From Veillonella parvula (GTDB taxonomy: Bacteria; Bacillota; Negativicutes; Veillonellales; Veillonellaceae): a DNA stretch of 64,000 bases. The notes beneath the pieces are model-generated. The model made no database searches. It was given only the letters and a program-made list of their open reading frames with translations, and had not been told where the DNA came from. The DNA lies in the NCBI RefSeq assembly GCF_018378075.1, contig NZ_JAGZYE010000001.1, forward strand, positions 246,997 to 310,996, in the 5' to 3' direction. A program made the position numbers and the translations under genes. Each line of letters begins with the position of its first letter. Position 1 is the stretch's first letter. Positions 51,276-62,153 of the stretch are shown piece by piece.

Positions 51276-53117
51276 ATGGCAAAGGTAATTGGTATTGATT
51301 TAGGGACAACAAACTCTTGTGTTGCTGTTATGGAAGGCGGCGAACCTACGGTTATTACAAATCAAGAAGGTGCACGTACAACTCCTTCCGTTGTTGGGTT
51401 TGCAAAAAATGGAGAACGTTTAGTTGGTCAATTGGCTAAACGTCAAGCTGTATCTAACCCAGAAAATACAATCATTTCTATTAAACGTCACATGGGTACA
51501 GACTACAAAGTAACTGTAGAAGGTAAATCTTATACTCCTCAAGAAATTTCTGCAATGATTCTTCAAAAAATCAAAGCTGATGCAGAAGCTTACTTGGGCG
51601 AACCTGTAAAACAAGCTGTTATTACAGTTCCTGCATACTTTACAGATGCTCAACGTCAAGCTACAAAAGACGCAGGTGCCATTGCAGGTCTTGAAGTACT
51701 TCGTATCATCAACGAACCTACAGCAGCTGCTCTTGCATATGGTGTAGATAAAGATGAAGATGGTAAAGTTCTTGTATTTGACCTTGGTGGTGGTACATTC
51801 GACGTATCTATCCTTGAACTTGGTGACGGTGTATTTGAAGTATTAGCAACATCTGGTAATAACCACCTTGGTGGGGATGACTTCGACCAACGCATTATGA
51901 ACTACCTTATTGAAGAGTTCAAAAAAGAAACTGGTATCGATTTATCCAATGATAAATTAGCTGATCAACGTTTAAAAGAAGCTGCTGAAAAAGCAAAAAT
52001 TGAATTGTCTGGCGTAGCTAGCACAAATATCAACTTGCCATTTATCACAGCTGATGCTACTGGTCCTAAACATTTGGATGTAACATTGACTCGTGCTAAA
52101 TTTGAAGAATTAACTGCTGATTTGGTACAAGCTACTATAGAACCTACTCGTAAAGCTATGAGTGATGCTGGTTTATCTGCATCCGATATCGATAAAGTAT
52201 TGTTAGTTGGTGGTTCTAGTCGTATCCCAGCTGTACAAGAAGCTATTAAAAAAGTATTGGGTAAGGAACCAACAAAAAACGTTAACCCTGATGAATGTGT
52301 AGCTATCGGTGCTGCTATTCAAGGTGGCGTATTAGTAGGTGAAGTAAAAGACGTATTGTTACTTGACGTAACTCCATTGTCTCTTGGTATCGAAACAATG
52401 GGCGGTGTATTCACACGTATTATTGATCGTAATACTACAATTCCTACATCTAAATCTCAAGTATTCTCCACTGCAGCAGATAATCAACCATCTGTAGATA
52501 TTCATGTATTGCAAGGTGAACGTGAGTTCGCAGCAGATAATAAAACATTGGGTCGTTTCAACTTGGATGGTATCCCAGCTGCTCCTCGTGGGGTTCCTCA
52601 AATCGAAGTAACATTTGACATCGATGCTAATGGTATCGTACATGTAAAAGCTAAAGATTTAGGTACTCAAAAGGAACAAAAGATTACTATTACTTCTTCT
52701 AGCGGCTTGAAAGAAGAAGAAATTGATCGCATGGTTAAAGAAGCTGAAGCTCATGCAGCGGAAGATAAAGCTAGAAAAGAAGAATTAGATATTAAAAATA
52801 ATGCGGACTCCCTAGTATATCAAGCTGAGAAAGCATTGAAAGACCTTGAAGGTAAAGGCGACGCTGCTTTGATGAAAGAAGTAGAAGAAGCGAAAGATAA
52901 ATTGAAAAAATCTATCGAAGCTGGCAATATCGAAGATATCAAAAAAGATAGTGAAGCTTTGGAACAACCATTACATAAATTAGCAGAACAAATGTATGCA
53001 GCAGCTCAACAAGCTCAACAAGCAGCTGGCGGTGCTGAACAAGGTCAACAACAAACAAAAGCTGATGACAATGTTGTTGATGCTGATTACACAGTAGTGG
53101 ATGATGACAAGAAATAA
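51276..53117 (+). CDS. dnaK: Chaperone protein DnaK (Hsp70)
   Basis: [22 protein letters not shown], 613 aa. Confidence 0.98.
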   Translation: MAKVIGIDLGTTNSCVAVMEGGEPTVITNQEGARTTPSVVGFAKNGERLVGQLAKRQAVSNPENTIISIKRHMGTDYKVTVEGKSYTPQEISAMILQKIKADAEAYLGEPVKQAVITVPAYFTDAQRQATKDAGAIAGLEVLRIINEPTAAALAYGVDKDEDGKVLVFDLGGGTFDVSILELGDGVFEVLATSGNNHLGGDDFDQRIMNYLIEEFKKETGIDLSNDKLADQRLKEAAEKAKIELSGVASTNINLPFITADATGPKHLDVTLTRAKFEELTADLVQATIEPTRKAMSDAGLSASDIDKVLLVGGSSRIPAVQEAIKKVLGKEPTKNVNPDECVAIGAAIQGGVLVGEVKDVLLLDVTPLSLGIETMGGVFTRIIDRNTTIPTSKSQVFSTAADNQPSVDIHVLQGEREFAADNKTLGRFNLDGIPAAPRGVPQIEVTFDIDANGIVHVKAKDLGTQKEQKITITSSSGLKEEEIDRMVKEAEAHAAEDKARKEELDIKNNADSLVYQAEKALKDLEGKGDAALMKEVEEAKDKLKKSIEAGNIEDIKKDSEALEQPLHKLAEQMYAAAQQAQQAAGGAEQGQQQTKADDNVVDADYTVVDDDKK

Positions 53118-53133
53118 GAAGGGTTGGTAACGA

Positions 53134-54291
53134 ATGGCACGAGATTATTATGACATCCTAGGGGTTAGTAAAAATGCCTCTCAAGATGAAATCAAAAAAG
53201 CCTTCCGTAAAAAGGCACGCCAATACCACCCAGATGTAAATAAAGATAATCCAAAGGAAGCGGAAGCAAAGTTTAAAGAAGCTAACGAAGCTTACGAAGT
53301 ATTGTCTGATGAAACTAAAAAAGCTCAATATGACCAATTCGGCCACGACGCCTTCAAACAAGGAGGCGGCGCTGGTGCCGGTGGTTTCCAAGGTGGCTTT
53401 GGCGGTTTTGGTGGTCAAGCTGGAGGCTTTGGTGATATCTTTGGCGACATTTTTGGTGGCATGTTTGGTGGTGGACGCCAACAACAAGGCCCTCAAAAAG
53501 GTAATGACTTGCGTGAAGATATTGATATTTCCTTTGAAGATGCAGCCTTTGGTAAATCTATGGAAATTGAAGTGCATCGTCATGAAGAATGTGATCACTG
53601 TCATGGTACTGGTGGTGAACCAGGCTCTCGTGTCGATACTTGTCCAAACTGTCATGGTTCTGGTCAAGAAGCGGTTATTCAAAATACTCCATTTGGACGT
53701 ATGCAGTCCGTTCGCACTTGTTCCCGCTGTCATGGTACGGGTAAAAGCATTGAAAAACCTTGCTCTAAATGCCGTGGTACTGGTGAAATGTTGGCTAAAC
53801 GGAAGATTTCCATTAAGATTCCAGCTGGTGTAGATAGCGGATCTCGTTTACGTGTAGCTAATGAAGGGGAACCTGGTATTTTAGGCGGTCCTAAAGGGGA
53901 TCTCTATGTATATATCTTTGTTCGTCCTCACAAGGAATTTGAACGAAATGGTAATGACGTTATTAGCCGTGTAAATATTAGCTTTGCTCAAACTGCTCTT
54001 GGTGCGACTATACAAGTTAACACTTTAGATGGTAAAGTAGAGTTAAAGATTCCGGAAGGTACTCAAACGGGAACGGCATTCCGCGTAAAGGGCAAAGGTA
54101 TTCCATATTTGCGTAACCCTAACCAAAGGGGTGATCAACACATTGTGGTAACCGTCCAAACGCCTAAGAAGTTGACAGACACTCAACGTGAGCTATTGTT
54201 ACGCTTTGCAAATGAAAGTAATGAAGATGTAAATAACTTACAAGTGAGCAAAAGTCTCTTTGAAAAAATCAAGGACTGTTTAACGAAATGA
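53134..54291 (+). CDS. dnaJ: Chaperone protein DnaJ
   Basis: J domain with HPD, G/F-rich linker, four CxxCxGxG zinc-finger repeats. Confidence 0.97.
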   Translation: MARDYYDILGVSKNASQDEIKKAFRKKARQYHPDVNKDNPKEAEAKFKEANEAYEVLSDETKKAQYDQFGHDAFKQGGGAGAGGFQGGFGGFGGQAGGFGDIFGDIFGGMFGGGRQQQGPQKGNDLREDIDISFEDAAFGKSMEIEVHRHEECDHCHGTGGEPGSRVDTCPNCHGSGQEAVIQNTPFGRMQSVRTCSRCHGTGKSIEKPCSKCRGTGEMLAKRKISIKIPAGVDSGSRLRVANEGEPGILGGPKGDLYVYIFVRPHKEFERNGNDVISRVNISFAQTALGATIQVNTLDGKVELKIPEGTQTGTAFRVKGKGIPYLRNPNQRGDQHIVVTVQTPKKLTDTQRELLLRFANESNEDVNNLQVSKSLFEKIKDCLTK

Positions 54292-54346
54292 ACAGCTCAT
54301 GTGAAGGAATGGTTTGTTCCATCACATTCCCTATAAAGGAGCATAT

Positions 54347-55210
54347 ATGCAATGGATAGAAATATCCGTTGTCTGTGAAAGAGTAGCCACCGATGAGGTG
54401 ACTACTCTTTTTGACGATTATGCAGACAATGGAATTATAGAAGAAGATGTTGAAAATCAGCCTAATTTAATAAAATTGTCTATGTACAGTGATCCATCAC
54501 TAGATGCCGATATGATTAAGTCTGATTTGAAAAAACGTCTTACAGAAGCAAATATTGGAATTATATCGATAGATACACATATTCTTGATGAGTCAACTTG
54601 GTTAAACTCTTGGCAACAGTATATTGAACCTACAGAAATTTTACCTAACTTAGTCATTAAACCAGCATGGCAGGAATACAATAATGTAGATAATAAAATT
54701 ATTATTGAAATCGATTCAGATATTTCCTTTGGTACCGGGGCTCATGAGACAACACGGACTTGTGCAGAGTTATTAAAATCCTATAGTAAATCTATGGATC
54801 TTGATACAGTTACTTGTTTGGATATTGGTACTGGCACAGGTATTCTTTTATTAGTAGCAGCCCATTTAGGTATTAAAAATTTAGTTGGTATAGATATAGA
54901 AGAGTATGCTGCAAATCAAGCTAGAATTAACTGTGAGAATAATCATGTATCTGCTGAAATCATTTGTGGTAATTTGGATAGTGATTTCAATGGTACTGCC
55001 CAATTAATTTTAGCTAATCTAACAGTGGATCCCCTTAAAATACTATTACCTCAAATTGGTAAGAAACTGGATGATAGGGGCATTTTGATTATTAGTGGCA
55101 TTATTGATGATCGTTATGATGAAATCATGCCATATATTGAGGCTCATTGGCATATTATTGAGGAGCGCGTTGAAGGGCCTTGGCATACGTTTGCGCTAGA
55201 AAAACGATGA
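54347..55210 (+). CDS. prmA: Ribosomal protein L11 methyltransferase
   Basis: WIEISV..., GTGTGIL SAM motif; AAAGGAG RBS before ATG 54347. Confidence 0.9.
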   Translation: MQWIEISVVCERVATDEVTTLFDDYADNGIIEEDVENQPNLIKLSMYSDPSLDADMIKSDLKKRLTEANIGIISIDTHILDESTWLNSWQQYIEPTEILPNLVIKPAWQEYNNVDNKIIIEIDSDISFGTGAHETTRTCAELLKSYSKSMDLDTVTCLDIGTGTGILLLVAAHLGIKNLVGIDIEEYAANQARINCENNHVSAEIICGNLDSDFNGTAQLILANLTVDPLKILLPQIGKKLDDRGILIISGIIDDRYDEIMPYIEAHWHIIEERVEGPWHTFALEKR

Positions 55211-55938
55211 AAAAGATTTTTATTCCTACACCATTAGATGAAATAATAGAATTACCAAAAGATGTGACCCATCATGTACTACATGTATTTCGCCATAATA
55301 TGGAGAAGCCTATAACTGTAACCGGCAGCGACAATCGTTGTGGTATATTTCAAATTACAGCAGAAGTAGACGGTAAAGCGCAAGCAAAACTGATTGAATA
55401 TGTAGAAGGAAATGTAGCATCGTATCGTACTATCCTGGTTCAATCCTTATTAAAAGGTGAAAAACTAGAGTGGGTCCTACAAAAGGCGACGGAGTTAAAT
55501 GTGGATACAATTTATCTTGTGCCGACAGTTAACTGCGTAGCTAAATATGATGAAAAAAAGCTTCAATCAAAAGTAAATCGTTGGGAAAAAATAATGCTAG
55601 AAGCAGCTCAACAATGTGGACGAAATCACTTGCCTACACTCGTAGTAGGAGAGACGCTTTTACAAGCATTAGACATTGAATCTGATGCGTTGAAATTGGT
55701 AGCCTATGAAAATGAAGCAGGTCAGACTATCAAAGATGTACTTAAAACTTTACATTCCGATAAGTCTGTAACTGATGTTTTAATTTGTATAGGTCCTGAA
55801 GGGGGCTATCAAGAGAAGGAAATCAATGCTATTATAAAATATGGTGGAAAATCAGTATCGCTAGGAAATACAATTTTACGGGCTGAAACTGCTGCTATTG
55901 GATCGTTAGCGATGATTCAATATGAATTAGAATTATAA
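55207..55938 (+). CDS. rsmE: 16S rRNA (uracil1498-N3)-methyltransferase RsmE
   Basis: PUA-like N-terminus, SPOUT C-domain (ICIGPEGG); ATGA overlap with prmA. Confidence 0.88.
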   Translation: MKKIFIPTPLDEIIELPKDVTHHVLHVFRHNMEKPITVTGSDNRCGIFQITAEVDGKAQAKLIEYVEGNVASYRTILVQSLLKGEKLEWVLQKATELNVDTIYLVPTVNCVAKYDEKKLQSKVNRWEKIMLEAAQQCGRNHLPTLVVGETLLQALDIESDALKLVAYENEAGQTIKDVLKTLHSDKSVTDVLICIGPEGGYQEKEINAIIKYGGKSVSLGNTILRAETAAIGSLAMIQYELEL

Positions 55939-55962
55939 ATAAAATACGAATAGAGAGGTGCA

Positions 55963-57258
55963 ATGAAAACCGTTGCTTTTACAACCTTAGGGTGTCGCGT
56001 AAACCAATATGATACAGATGCCATGAAAGGTTTATTTTTACAAAATAATTACGAAGCGGTAGACTTCGATGAAAAAGCTGATATATATGTAATTAATACC
56101 TGTTCTGTAACGAATATGGGGGAAAAGAAATCCCGTCAATTAATCCGCAAGGCGAAACGTCAAAATGAAGATGCCTATGTTATTGTAACTGGTTGTTATG
56201 CTCAGCTTGATCCAGATGCGATTGCCGCTATAGATGGTGTTAATCTCGTTATTGGTACCAATAATCGTTCTAAAATTGTTGAATTAGTAGAGCAATTAGA
56301 ATCTACAGAACGACAAATTAATGCTGTTCGAGATATCATGAAGGAATCTAACTTCGAGGAAATGCCGTTATATGGTAATGAATCTGATAAAGCTCGTGCG
56401 TTCATGAAAATTCAAGAAGGTTGTAATAACTATTGCGCCTTTTGTATCATTCCTTATACTCGAGGAAAATTAAAATCTCGTAAAGTTGATGATATTGTAC
56501 AAGAGGCAAAACGTTTAGTAGATCATGGATTCCATGAAATCGTATTAACTGGTATACATTTGGGTAATTACGGTGTCGAATTACCAGGTCGTCCAACATT
56601 AGCTGATGTGGTAAAAGCTTTATTAGAGATTCCTAATTTATACCGCATTCGTTTCGGGTCCATTGAATCCGTAGAGGTTTCTGATGAGTTAGTAGAATTA
56701 ATGGCTACGAATAAACGTGTTTGTCCTCATTTACATTTACCATTACAAGCAGGTTCTGACCATGTATTAAAGTTGATGAAACGCCATTATACATTACAAG
56801 AATATAAAGATTTAATTACAAGTTTACGTTCTCGTATTAAAGATTTATCAATTACAACTGATATTATTGCTGGTTTCCCTCAAGAAACTGATGAAGACTT
56901 CGAAGAAACATTGAATACAGTACGTGAAATTGGATTTACGCACATTCATGCCTTCCCATACTCCATTCGTGAGGGTACACCTGCAGCCACCATGGCGGAT
57001 CAAGTACCAGAAGCTGTTAAGAAGACTCGTGTAGCACTTTTAAATGGCCTTAGCCAATCTGGTTATGAACGATACGCAAAATCTCGCATTGGTAAGCCTG
57101 GTGAGATTCTCATCGAAAAGGAAGAGAATGGATACTACACGGGCTTAACAAATGAATATATAAATGGTAAAGTTAAGTCTGATGGGACACGTAAAATTGG
57201 TGATCTCGTTGGTGGAACTGTTGTAGGTTTAGAAGATAATTATTTAATTATTGAGTAA
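55963..57258 (+). CDS. mtaB: tRNA (t6A37) methylthiotransferase MtaB (radical SAM MTTase)
   Basis: FTTLGCRVNQYD, CNNYCAFC, TRAM-like C-terminus; yqeV-equivalent position. Confidence 0.85.
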   Translation: MKTVAFTTLGCRVNQYDTDAMKGLFLQNNYEAVDFDEKADIYVINTCSVTNMGEKKSRQLIRKAKRQNEDAYVIVTGCYAQLDPDAIAAIDGVNLVIGTNNRSKIVELVEQLESTERQINAVRDIMKESNFEEMPLYGNESDKARAFMKIQEGCNNYCAFCIIPYTRGKLKSRKVDDIVQEAKRLVDHGFHEIVLTGIHLGNYGVELPGRPTLADVVKALLEIPNLYRIRFGSIESVEVSDELVELMATNKRVCPHLHLPLQAGSDHVLKLMKRHYTLQEYKDLITSLRSRIKDLSITTDIIAGFPQETDEDFEETLNTVREIGFTHIHAFPYSIREGTPAATMADQVPEAVKKTRVALLNGLSQSGYERYAKSRIGKPGEILIEKEENGYYTGLTNEYINGKVKSDGTRKIGDLVGGTVVGLEDNYLIIE

Positions 57259-57269
57259 GGAGTTAGATT

Positions 57270-57614
57270 ATGAGTGACTGCATTTTTTGCAAAATTATCA
57301 ATGGTGAAATTCCGTCTAAAAAAGTGTTAGAAAATGATAAATTCTATGCTTTTCATGATATTCAACCTGTAAAAAAAGTTCATGTATTAATCGTACCTAA
57401 AAATCACGTGTCTAATATTGCACATCTTAATGAAAAGAATGCAGATTATGTTGAAGGGTTACTGCCATTTGTTCGTGATGTAGCAAAAGAGCTTGGTATC
57501 TCTAAAGATGGATATCGTTTAATTTTTAATACTGGTGAAAAAGCAGGCCAAACTGTATTCCATATGCATGCACACCTTTTAGGTGGAGAAGAAATGGGCT
57601 GGCCAGAAGCCTAA
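57270..57614 (+). CDS. HIT family protein (histidine triad nucleotide-binding, Hint-like)
   Basis: CIFCKII...HMHAHLLGG histidine triad, 114 aa. Confidence 0.9.
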   Translation: MSDCIFCKIINGEIPSKKVLENDKFYAFHDIQPVKKVHVLIVPKNHVSNIAHLNEKNADYVEGLLPFVRDVAKELGISKDGYRLIFNTGEKAGQTVFHMHAHLLGGEEMGWPEA

Positions 57615-57679
57615 TTTTGAGTATTATGCATTCTTTTTATAATACTCATTAAAAAACCTATAAAATATACTTGAAAATA

Positions 57680-57708
57680 TTGACAACATCTATACCTATA
57701 CATATAAT
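57680..57708 (+). promoter_or_regulatory. Consensus sigma-A promoter upstream of rpsU (TTGACA - 17 nt - TATAAT)
   Basis: Perfect hexamers with 17-nt spacer, about 65 nt upstream of the rpsU start. Confidence 0.75.
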
Positions 57709-57771
57709 ATTATATGTGCGTATGTAAATTATCAGCACTTCCCGAGATTATTTTTGGAGGGAGGGATATAG

Positions 57772-57951
57772 ATGTCTGAAATCAAAGTCGGTAAAAACGA
57801 AACGCTTGAAAGTGCTCTTCGTCGATTCAAACGCTCCTGCCAAAAAGCGGGTGTTTTGTCTGAAGTAAGAAAACGCGAACACTATGAAAAACCAAGCGTA
57901 AAAAGAAAGAAAAAATCTGAAGCAGCAAGAAAACGCAAATTCAGAGCATAA
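57772..57951 (+). CDS. rpsU: 30S ribosomal protein S21 (absent from the ORF track, below the size cut-off)
   Basis: 59-aa [62 protein letters not shown]; GGAGGGAGGG RBS. Confidence 0.92.
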   Translation: MSEIKVGKNETLESALRRFKRSCQKAGVLSEVRKREHYEKPSVKRKKKSEAARKRKFRA

Positions 57952-57959
57952 GATGATTA

Positions 57960-58011
57960 CCCTAATTCTGCCTTTTCATGGCTTTATGAAATCCAGAATT
58001 AGGGTTTCTTT
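57960..58011 (+). terminator. Terminator-like hairpin after rpsU (11-bp perfect stem CCCTAATTCTG/CAGAATTAGGG, 23-nt loop, TTTCTTT)
   Basis: Perfect inverted repeat plus T-run between rpsU and the GatB/YqeY gene. Confidence 0.6.
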
Positions 58012-58033
58012 ATTATATACATAAGGAGGAAGT

Positions 58034-58477
58034 ATGAGTTTAAAAGATCAATTAAAGGAAGATATGAAAGCAGCTATGAAAGCTCGTGAAGAAGGTAAAA
58101 CAGCGTTATCTGTAATTCGTATGGTCAATAGTGCCATAAAAAATACAGAAATCAATGACAAAATTGAGTTAGATGATGCTGGCATTCTTGGCATTTTAGC
58201 TAAAGAAATGAAAACTCGTCAAGATTCCTTAACAGAATTTGAAAAAGCGGGACGTGAGGACTTAATTAGTCATGTAAAAGAAGAAATGGCTGTATTGCAA
58301 AAATACTTACCAGAGCAATTGAAAGAAGATGAAATTCGTACAATTGTACAAGAAGCCATTGCTGCATGTGGTGATAACGTAAATATGGGCAATGTTATGA
58401 AACATGTAATGCCAAAAACAAAAGGGCGTGCAGATGGTAAGGTTGTCAATAATATTGTTAAAGAATTACTTGGATAA
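58034..58477 (+). CDS. GatB/YqeY domain-containing protein
   Basis: 147 aa; LKEDMKAAMKAREEGKTALSVIRMV...; classic rpsU-yqeY pairing. Confidence 0.9.
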   Translation: MSLKDQLKEDMKAAMKAREEGKTALSVIRMVNSAIKNTEINDKIELDDAGILGILAKEMKTRQDSLTEFEKAGREDLISHVKEEMAVLQKYLPEQLKEDEIRTIVQEAIAACGDNVNMGNVMKHVMPKTKGRADGKVVNNIVKELLG

Positions 58478-58586
58478 TATATAGTGATATCAACGACCAT
58501 TCTATATACAGTTATTGATTAGAGTTGATAGTATTGAGTGTGTTAGATGTAACTTTAAGAGAATAATGAAATTCTATAGAAAGTTA

Positions 58587-58616
58587 TTGACATATATTTT
58601 CAACATATGATAATAT
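58587..58616 (+). promoter_or_regulatory. Putative glnN promoter (TTGACA - 18 nt - TG-n-TAATAT extended -10)
   Basis: Consensus -35 and extended -10 about 100 nt upstream of glnN. Confidence 0.55.
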
Positions 58617-58642
58617 GAACTCAATAAAATAATTGGTCAACG

Positions 58643-58700
58643 AAGACTCCACTTTAGATATATAGATTTATATATTTATTTGTTGGAGTCTTTTTCTTTT
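58643..58700 (+). promoter_or_regulatory. Terminator-like hairpin in the glnN leader (AAGACTCCA/TGGAGTCTT stem, 32-nt AT-rich loop, TTTTCTTTT) abutting the RBS; candidate attenuator
   Basis: Perfect 9-bp stem plus T-run located between the promoter and the AGGAGG RBS of glnN. Confidence 0.5.
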
Positions 58701-58713
58701 AGGAGGAACAAAT

Positions 58714-60618
58714 ATGTCGACAACTAACGAATTATTATATTACATTCCAGCGGGTCAATATGGGAAAGAAGGCGTTCTTGCATTATTAGAACAACATCCT
58801 GAAATCAAGTTCGTATCTCTTGTAGGGATTGACTTAGCAGGTAATGATACTGATGAAAAGATTCCTATGTCAGCATTCTTCGATGACTACGAATCTTTCT
58901 TTGAAGGTCGTGCTGTTCAAACAGATGGTTCCTCTGTAGTACTTACAAATATTGCTACATTAAATAATGCTCGTGTAGATATGTGGGGCGATCCAAGTGT
59001 AAACTGGTTTGTTGATTACAACTACGAAAATATTGATCCTGTTACAGGCTTACCAACTGGTACACTTCGTATTCCTGCATTCTTGATGCATAACTATCGC
59101 TATGTAGATTCTCGTTCTATTTTGAAACGCAGCTGCGACTATGTTCGTGCTGAATTATTGGCTTTGATTAAAGAACATGGCTTACCCGGTATGCCGCATG
59201 TGAAAGCTGATGAAGTTGTAGATATCATTTTCACATCAGCAACAGAACTAGAATTCTGGGTAAAAACTCCATCTAGAACAGTTACAAAAAAAGAATTATC
59301 CGTATCTCAAAAATTACAAGAACAATACTGGCAACGTACTCATGGTACAGTTCGCACTGCTTTAGAACAAGCTGTTGAACGCCTTGATAGATATGGTATG
59401 GTTGCTGAAATGGGTCATAAAGAAGTAGGTGGTGTTAAAGCTAAACTTGATGAAGATGGTCATGAAGCAGTTGTATTAGAACAATTAGAAATCGACTGGA
59501 AATTCTCAAATAATCCATTACAAACAGCAGATAATGAATTACAAGCTCGTATCATTGTTCGTGAAGTATTCCGTGAAAATGGTCTTGATGTAACATTTAA
59601 TGCAAAACCAATAATTGGTGTAGCTGGTTCTGGTGAACATACTCATTTTGGTGTTATGGCTAAATTAAAATCTGGTAAAGTTGTTAACTTATTTAGCCCA
59701 GAAGATATGCGTAAAGAATCTGCTAGCTCTTTAGGCATTGGTGCAATTATGGGACTTTTAAAACACTATGAAGCCATTAATCCATTCATCAGCTCTACAA
59801 CAGATTCTTTAAACCGTTTAAAACCTGGGTTTGAAGCGCCAGTATGTATTGTTACATCTTTAGGTACTGATCCATCTGAACCTAGCCGTAACCGTACAAT
59901 CCTTTGCGGTTTAATTCGAGATATCGATAATCCTATGGCGACACGTTATGAATTGCGTTCTCCAAATCCTTACACCAATACATATACTGCTTTAGCATTG
60001 ATCTTTATTTCTGCATTTGATGGTATGAAATATGCCATTACATCTGGTAAAACACAAGCTCAATTGGAAGCAGAGCTTTCCAAAGAAGTAGGTGAAACAT
60101 CTGATTATCTTGCTACAAATCGTGCATACCGTACTGAAAAAGATGTGTTTGATGATTTCACACAAGAAGAACGTAATCAAATGTTTGGTGTTGCTCCAGC
60201 TACTGTATGGGAAAACATAAAGGGTTACCAAAATAATCCTGAATTAGTAGAAACATTGGCTCAAGGCAATGCATTTGCTAAAGATTTAATGGACTCCTTT
60301 ATTGCCTCCATTCTTAAACGTTGGAAACTAGTATTGGCTAATCGCTTAATTCCAAATAATTTGGATACAGTTCGTAGCATGGTTGCAATTCATACTGATA
60401 GCCGAAATAGTGTAGATGATAAACGCTTTGCAGAAGTTAATGACTTACGTTTCTACCTTGCTAAAGATAGTGACGATCGTAAATCCTTATTCACTCGTTT
60501 AATTGATGCACTTAATGATGGTGAATATAATCTAGCATCCCAATTACAAATTGAAATGAATGATAAAATGGAAGAATTAGAAGCTAAGTACGCTAACTAC
60601 GCTAAAAATATCTTCTAA
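58714..60618 (+). CDS. glnN: Glutamine synthetase, type III
   Basis: 634 aa, far longer than GS-I, with GS catalytic-domain signature (GSGEHTHF) embedded; architecture typical of GlnN. Confidence 0.8.
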   Translation: MSTTNELLYYIPAGQYGKEGVLALLEQHPEIKFVSLVGIDLAGNDTDEKIPMSAFFDDYESFFEGRAVQTDGSSVVLTNIATLNNARVDMWGDPSVNWFVDYNYENIDPVTGLPTGTLRIPAFLMHNYRYVDSRSILKRSCDYVRAELLALIKEHGLPGMPHVKADEVVDIIFTSATELEFWVKTPSRTVTKKELSVSQKLQEQYWQRTHGTVRTALEQAVERLDRYGMVAEMGHKEVGGVKAKLDEDGHEAVVLEQLEIDWKFSNNPLQTADNELQARIIVREVFRENGLDVTFNAKPIIGVAGSGEHTHFGVMAKLKSGKVVNLFSPEDMRKESASSLGIGAIMGLLKHYEAINPFISSTTDSLNRLKPGFEAPVCIVTSLGTDPSEPSRNRTILCGLIRDIDNPMATRYELRSPNPYTNTYTALALIFISAFDGMKYAITSGKTQAQLEAELSKEVGETSDYLATNRAYRTEKDVFDDFTQEERNQMFGVAPATVWENIKGYQNNPELVETLAQGNAFAKDLMDSFIASILKRWKLVLANRLIPNNLDTVRSMVAIHTDSRNSVDDKRFAEVNDLRFYLAKDSDDRKSLFTRLIDALNDGEYNLASQLQIEMNDKMEELEAKYANYAKNIF

Positions 60619-60636
60619 TAAAATCAATTTATTAAT

Positions 60637-60670
60637 AAAAATGGCCTCTACTACGGTAGAGGCCATTTTT
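60637..60670 (+). terminator. Bidirectional rho-independent terminator (AAAAATGGCCTCTAC/GTAGAGGCCATTTTT) shared by glnN (+) and psiE (-)
   Basis: Perfect 10-bp GC-containing stem flanked by an A-run and a T-run. Confidence 0.85.
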
Positions 60671-60723
60671 CATTTAAATATATCTAAATAAATTAGATAT
60701 ATTCAAACATAACGATTCAAATT

Positions 60724-61119
60724 TTATTCGTTATGTCCAATAAATTTTTCTACTAATACTAAGCTACATACAAGTACAAAAATTGCAACAGACCAAATTA
60801 AATTATCAAATGATGATTCATGATTGATAATTAGAAGTCTTACAATTGCAGTTATACCAATGTATAAAAAGAAGTTAAGTGGAAAGTGGAAGTTATTTTT
60901 AAAGTATTTGACGATGAGTGCAATAAACTCAAAGTATAGAAAGAAGGTAATTAGTTCTTCAATCAATAAAGAGTATGTACTATAACCTTGAATATTCGCC
61001 CACGTAACATAGACAAGACTAATCAATGTATTAATAAGTGCAATACAAAGTGCAATACCAACGCCTACAAGGGCTATATTTTTTATCGTTAATAATAGTT
61101 TAGAAATACGAATCCACAT
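60724..61119 (-). CDS. psiE: Phosphate-starvation-inducible protein PsiE family membrane protein
   Basis: [42 protein letters not shown] closely matches the E. coli PsiE core ([41 protein letters not shown]). Confidence 0.85.
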   Translation of the reverse strand: [131 protein letters not shown]

Positions 61120-61162
61120 ATATAATTCACCTACAATAAAAATCTAAATACTATACTACATA

Positions 61163-61191
61163 AAAAAGACCGTACACCGTACGGTCTTTTT
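61163..61191 (-). terminator. Terminator downstream of tpx (AAAAAGACCGTAC/GTACGGTCTTTTT), potentially bidirectional
   Basis: Perfect stem with 2-nt loop flanked by A and T runs, 36 nt after the tpx stop. Confidence 0.8.
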
Positions 61192-61226
61192 ACCTTTATA
61201 TTAAGCTATTAGCAAAAATCTTAAGA

Positions 61227-61742
61227 TTAGATATCAGCTTTAATAGCTTCTAATGCAGCATCGAAGTTAACTGCTTGAGTTACTTCAGGTACATATTCAA
61301 CATAAGTTACTTTGTTATCTTTGTTGATTACTACAACGCCACGAGTTAAAAGACGAAGCTCTTCAATCAAGAAACCATAGTTTTCACCGAAGGAAGCATC
61401 TTTGTGGTCAGACAAAGTAACAACTTTATCTACGCCTGCAGCACCACACCAACGTTTTTGAGCGAATGGTAAGTCCATAGAAATTGTCAATACGACTACA
61501 TCTTCGGAAAGTGCTGTTGCATCTTGGTTGAACCAACGAGTTTGAGCATCACAAACACCTGTATCAAGGGAAGGAACAACGGAGATAACTTTTACTTTAC
61601 CTTCGAAGTCTTTTAAAGTTTTAGCTTGCAAGTCATTGCTCAATACAGTGAAGTCTGGAGCTTGTTGACCTACTTTAATTTCTGGGCCAACTAATGTGAT
61701 AGGGCCACCTGCAAATGTTACTACGCCAGTACGTTTTTCCAT
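61227..61742 (-). CDS. tpx: Thiol peroxidase (atypical 2-Cys peroxiredoxin Tpx)
   Basis: 171 aa; [15 protein letters not shown] peroxidatic Cys motif; GGAGGAAT RBS on the - strand. Confidence 0.93.
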   Translation of the reverse strand: MEKRTGVVTFAGGPITLVGPEIKVGQQAPDFTVLSNDLQAKTLKDFEGKVKVISVVPSLDTGVCDAQTRWFNQDATALSEDVVVLTISMDLPFAQKRWCGAAGVDKVVTLSDHKDASFGENYGFLIEELRLLTRGVVVINKDNKVTYVEYVPEVTQAVNFDAALEAIKADI

Positions 61743-62153
61743 GTTGTATTCCTCCTAAGAGTTTTAATTCTAATTATGTAAAATATAATTTCTTTATATG
61801 CATAGTATAACATTTACATTACCATAAGTAAACTAAAAAATTCGATATAGTATTAATTAAAAAGATCGTTACGATTGATTACTGTAAAAATTTAAAGAGG
61901 CCATTTAACTAATATTAATATTGATGAAATAGAACTACTACTGTAATAAAATATTTAATCTAACTGTTATACGTATAGGTGTATTAATGTATCATAAAAA
62001 ATGTGTATACTATAAAGAGAAAAGTTAACGTCATAAAATTTGTTGATTTAGCTTTTACAGTATTGATTTAAATTCATTTACAATATAATGATACTAGTAA
62101 TTATATAGGCAATGATTTTGATTAGACTTAATAGGATATGTTAGAGAGGACCT

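Noticed and set aside
53158-53833. 191-aa (-) and 174-aa (+) ORFs overlapping dnaJ
   Set aside because: Generated by the repetitive G/F-rich linker and CxxCxGxG repeats of dnaJ; dnaJ frame has full-length homology.
57619-57655. Hairpin GAGTATTAT...ATAATACTC after the HIT gene as a terminator
   Set aside because: Stem is AT-only and is followed by an A-run rather than a T-run on the + strand; at best a weak or bidirectional element, not called.
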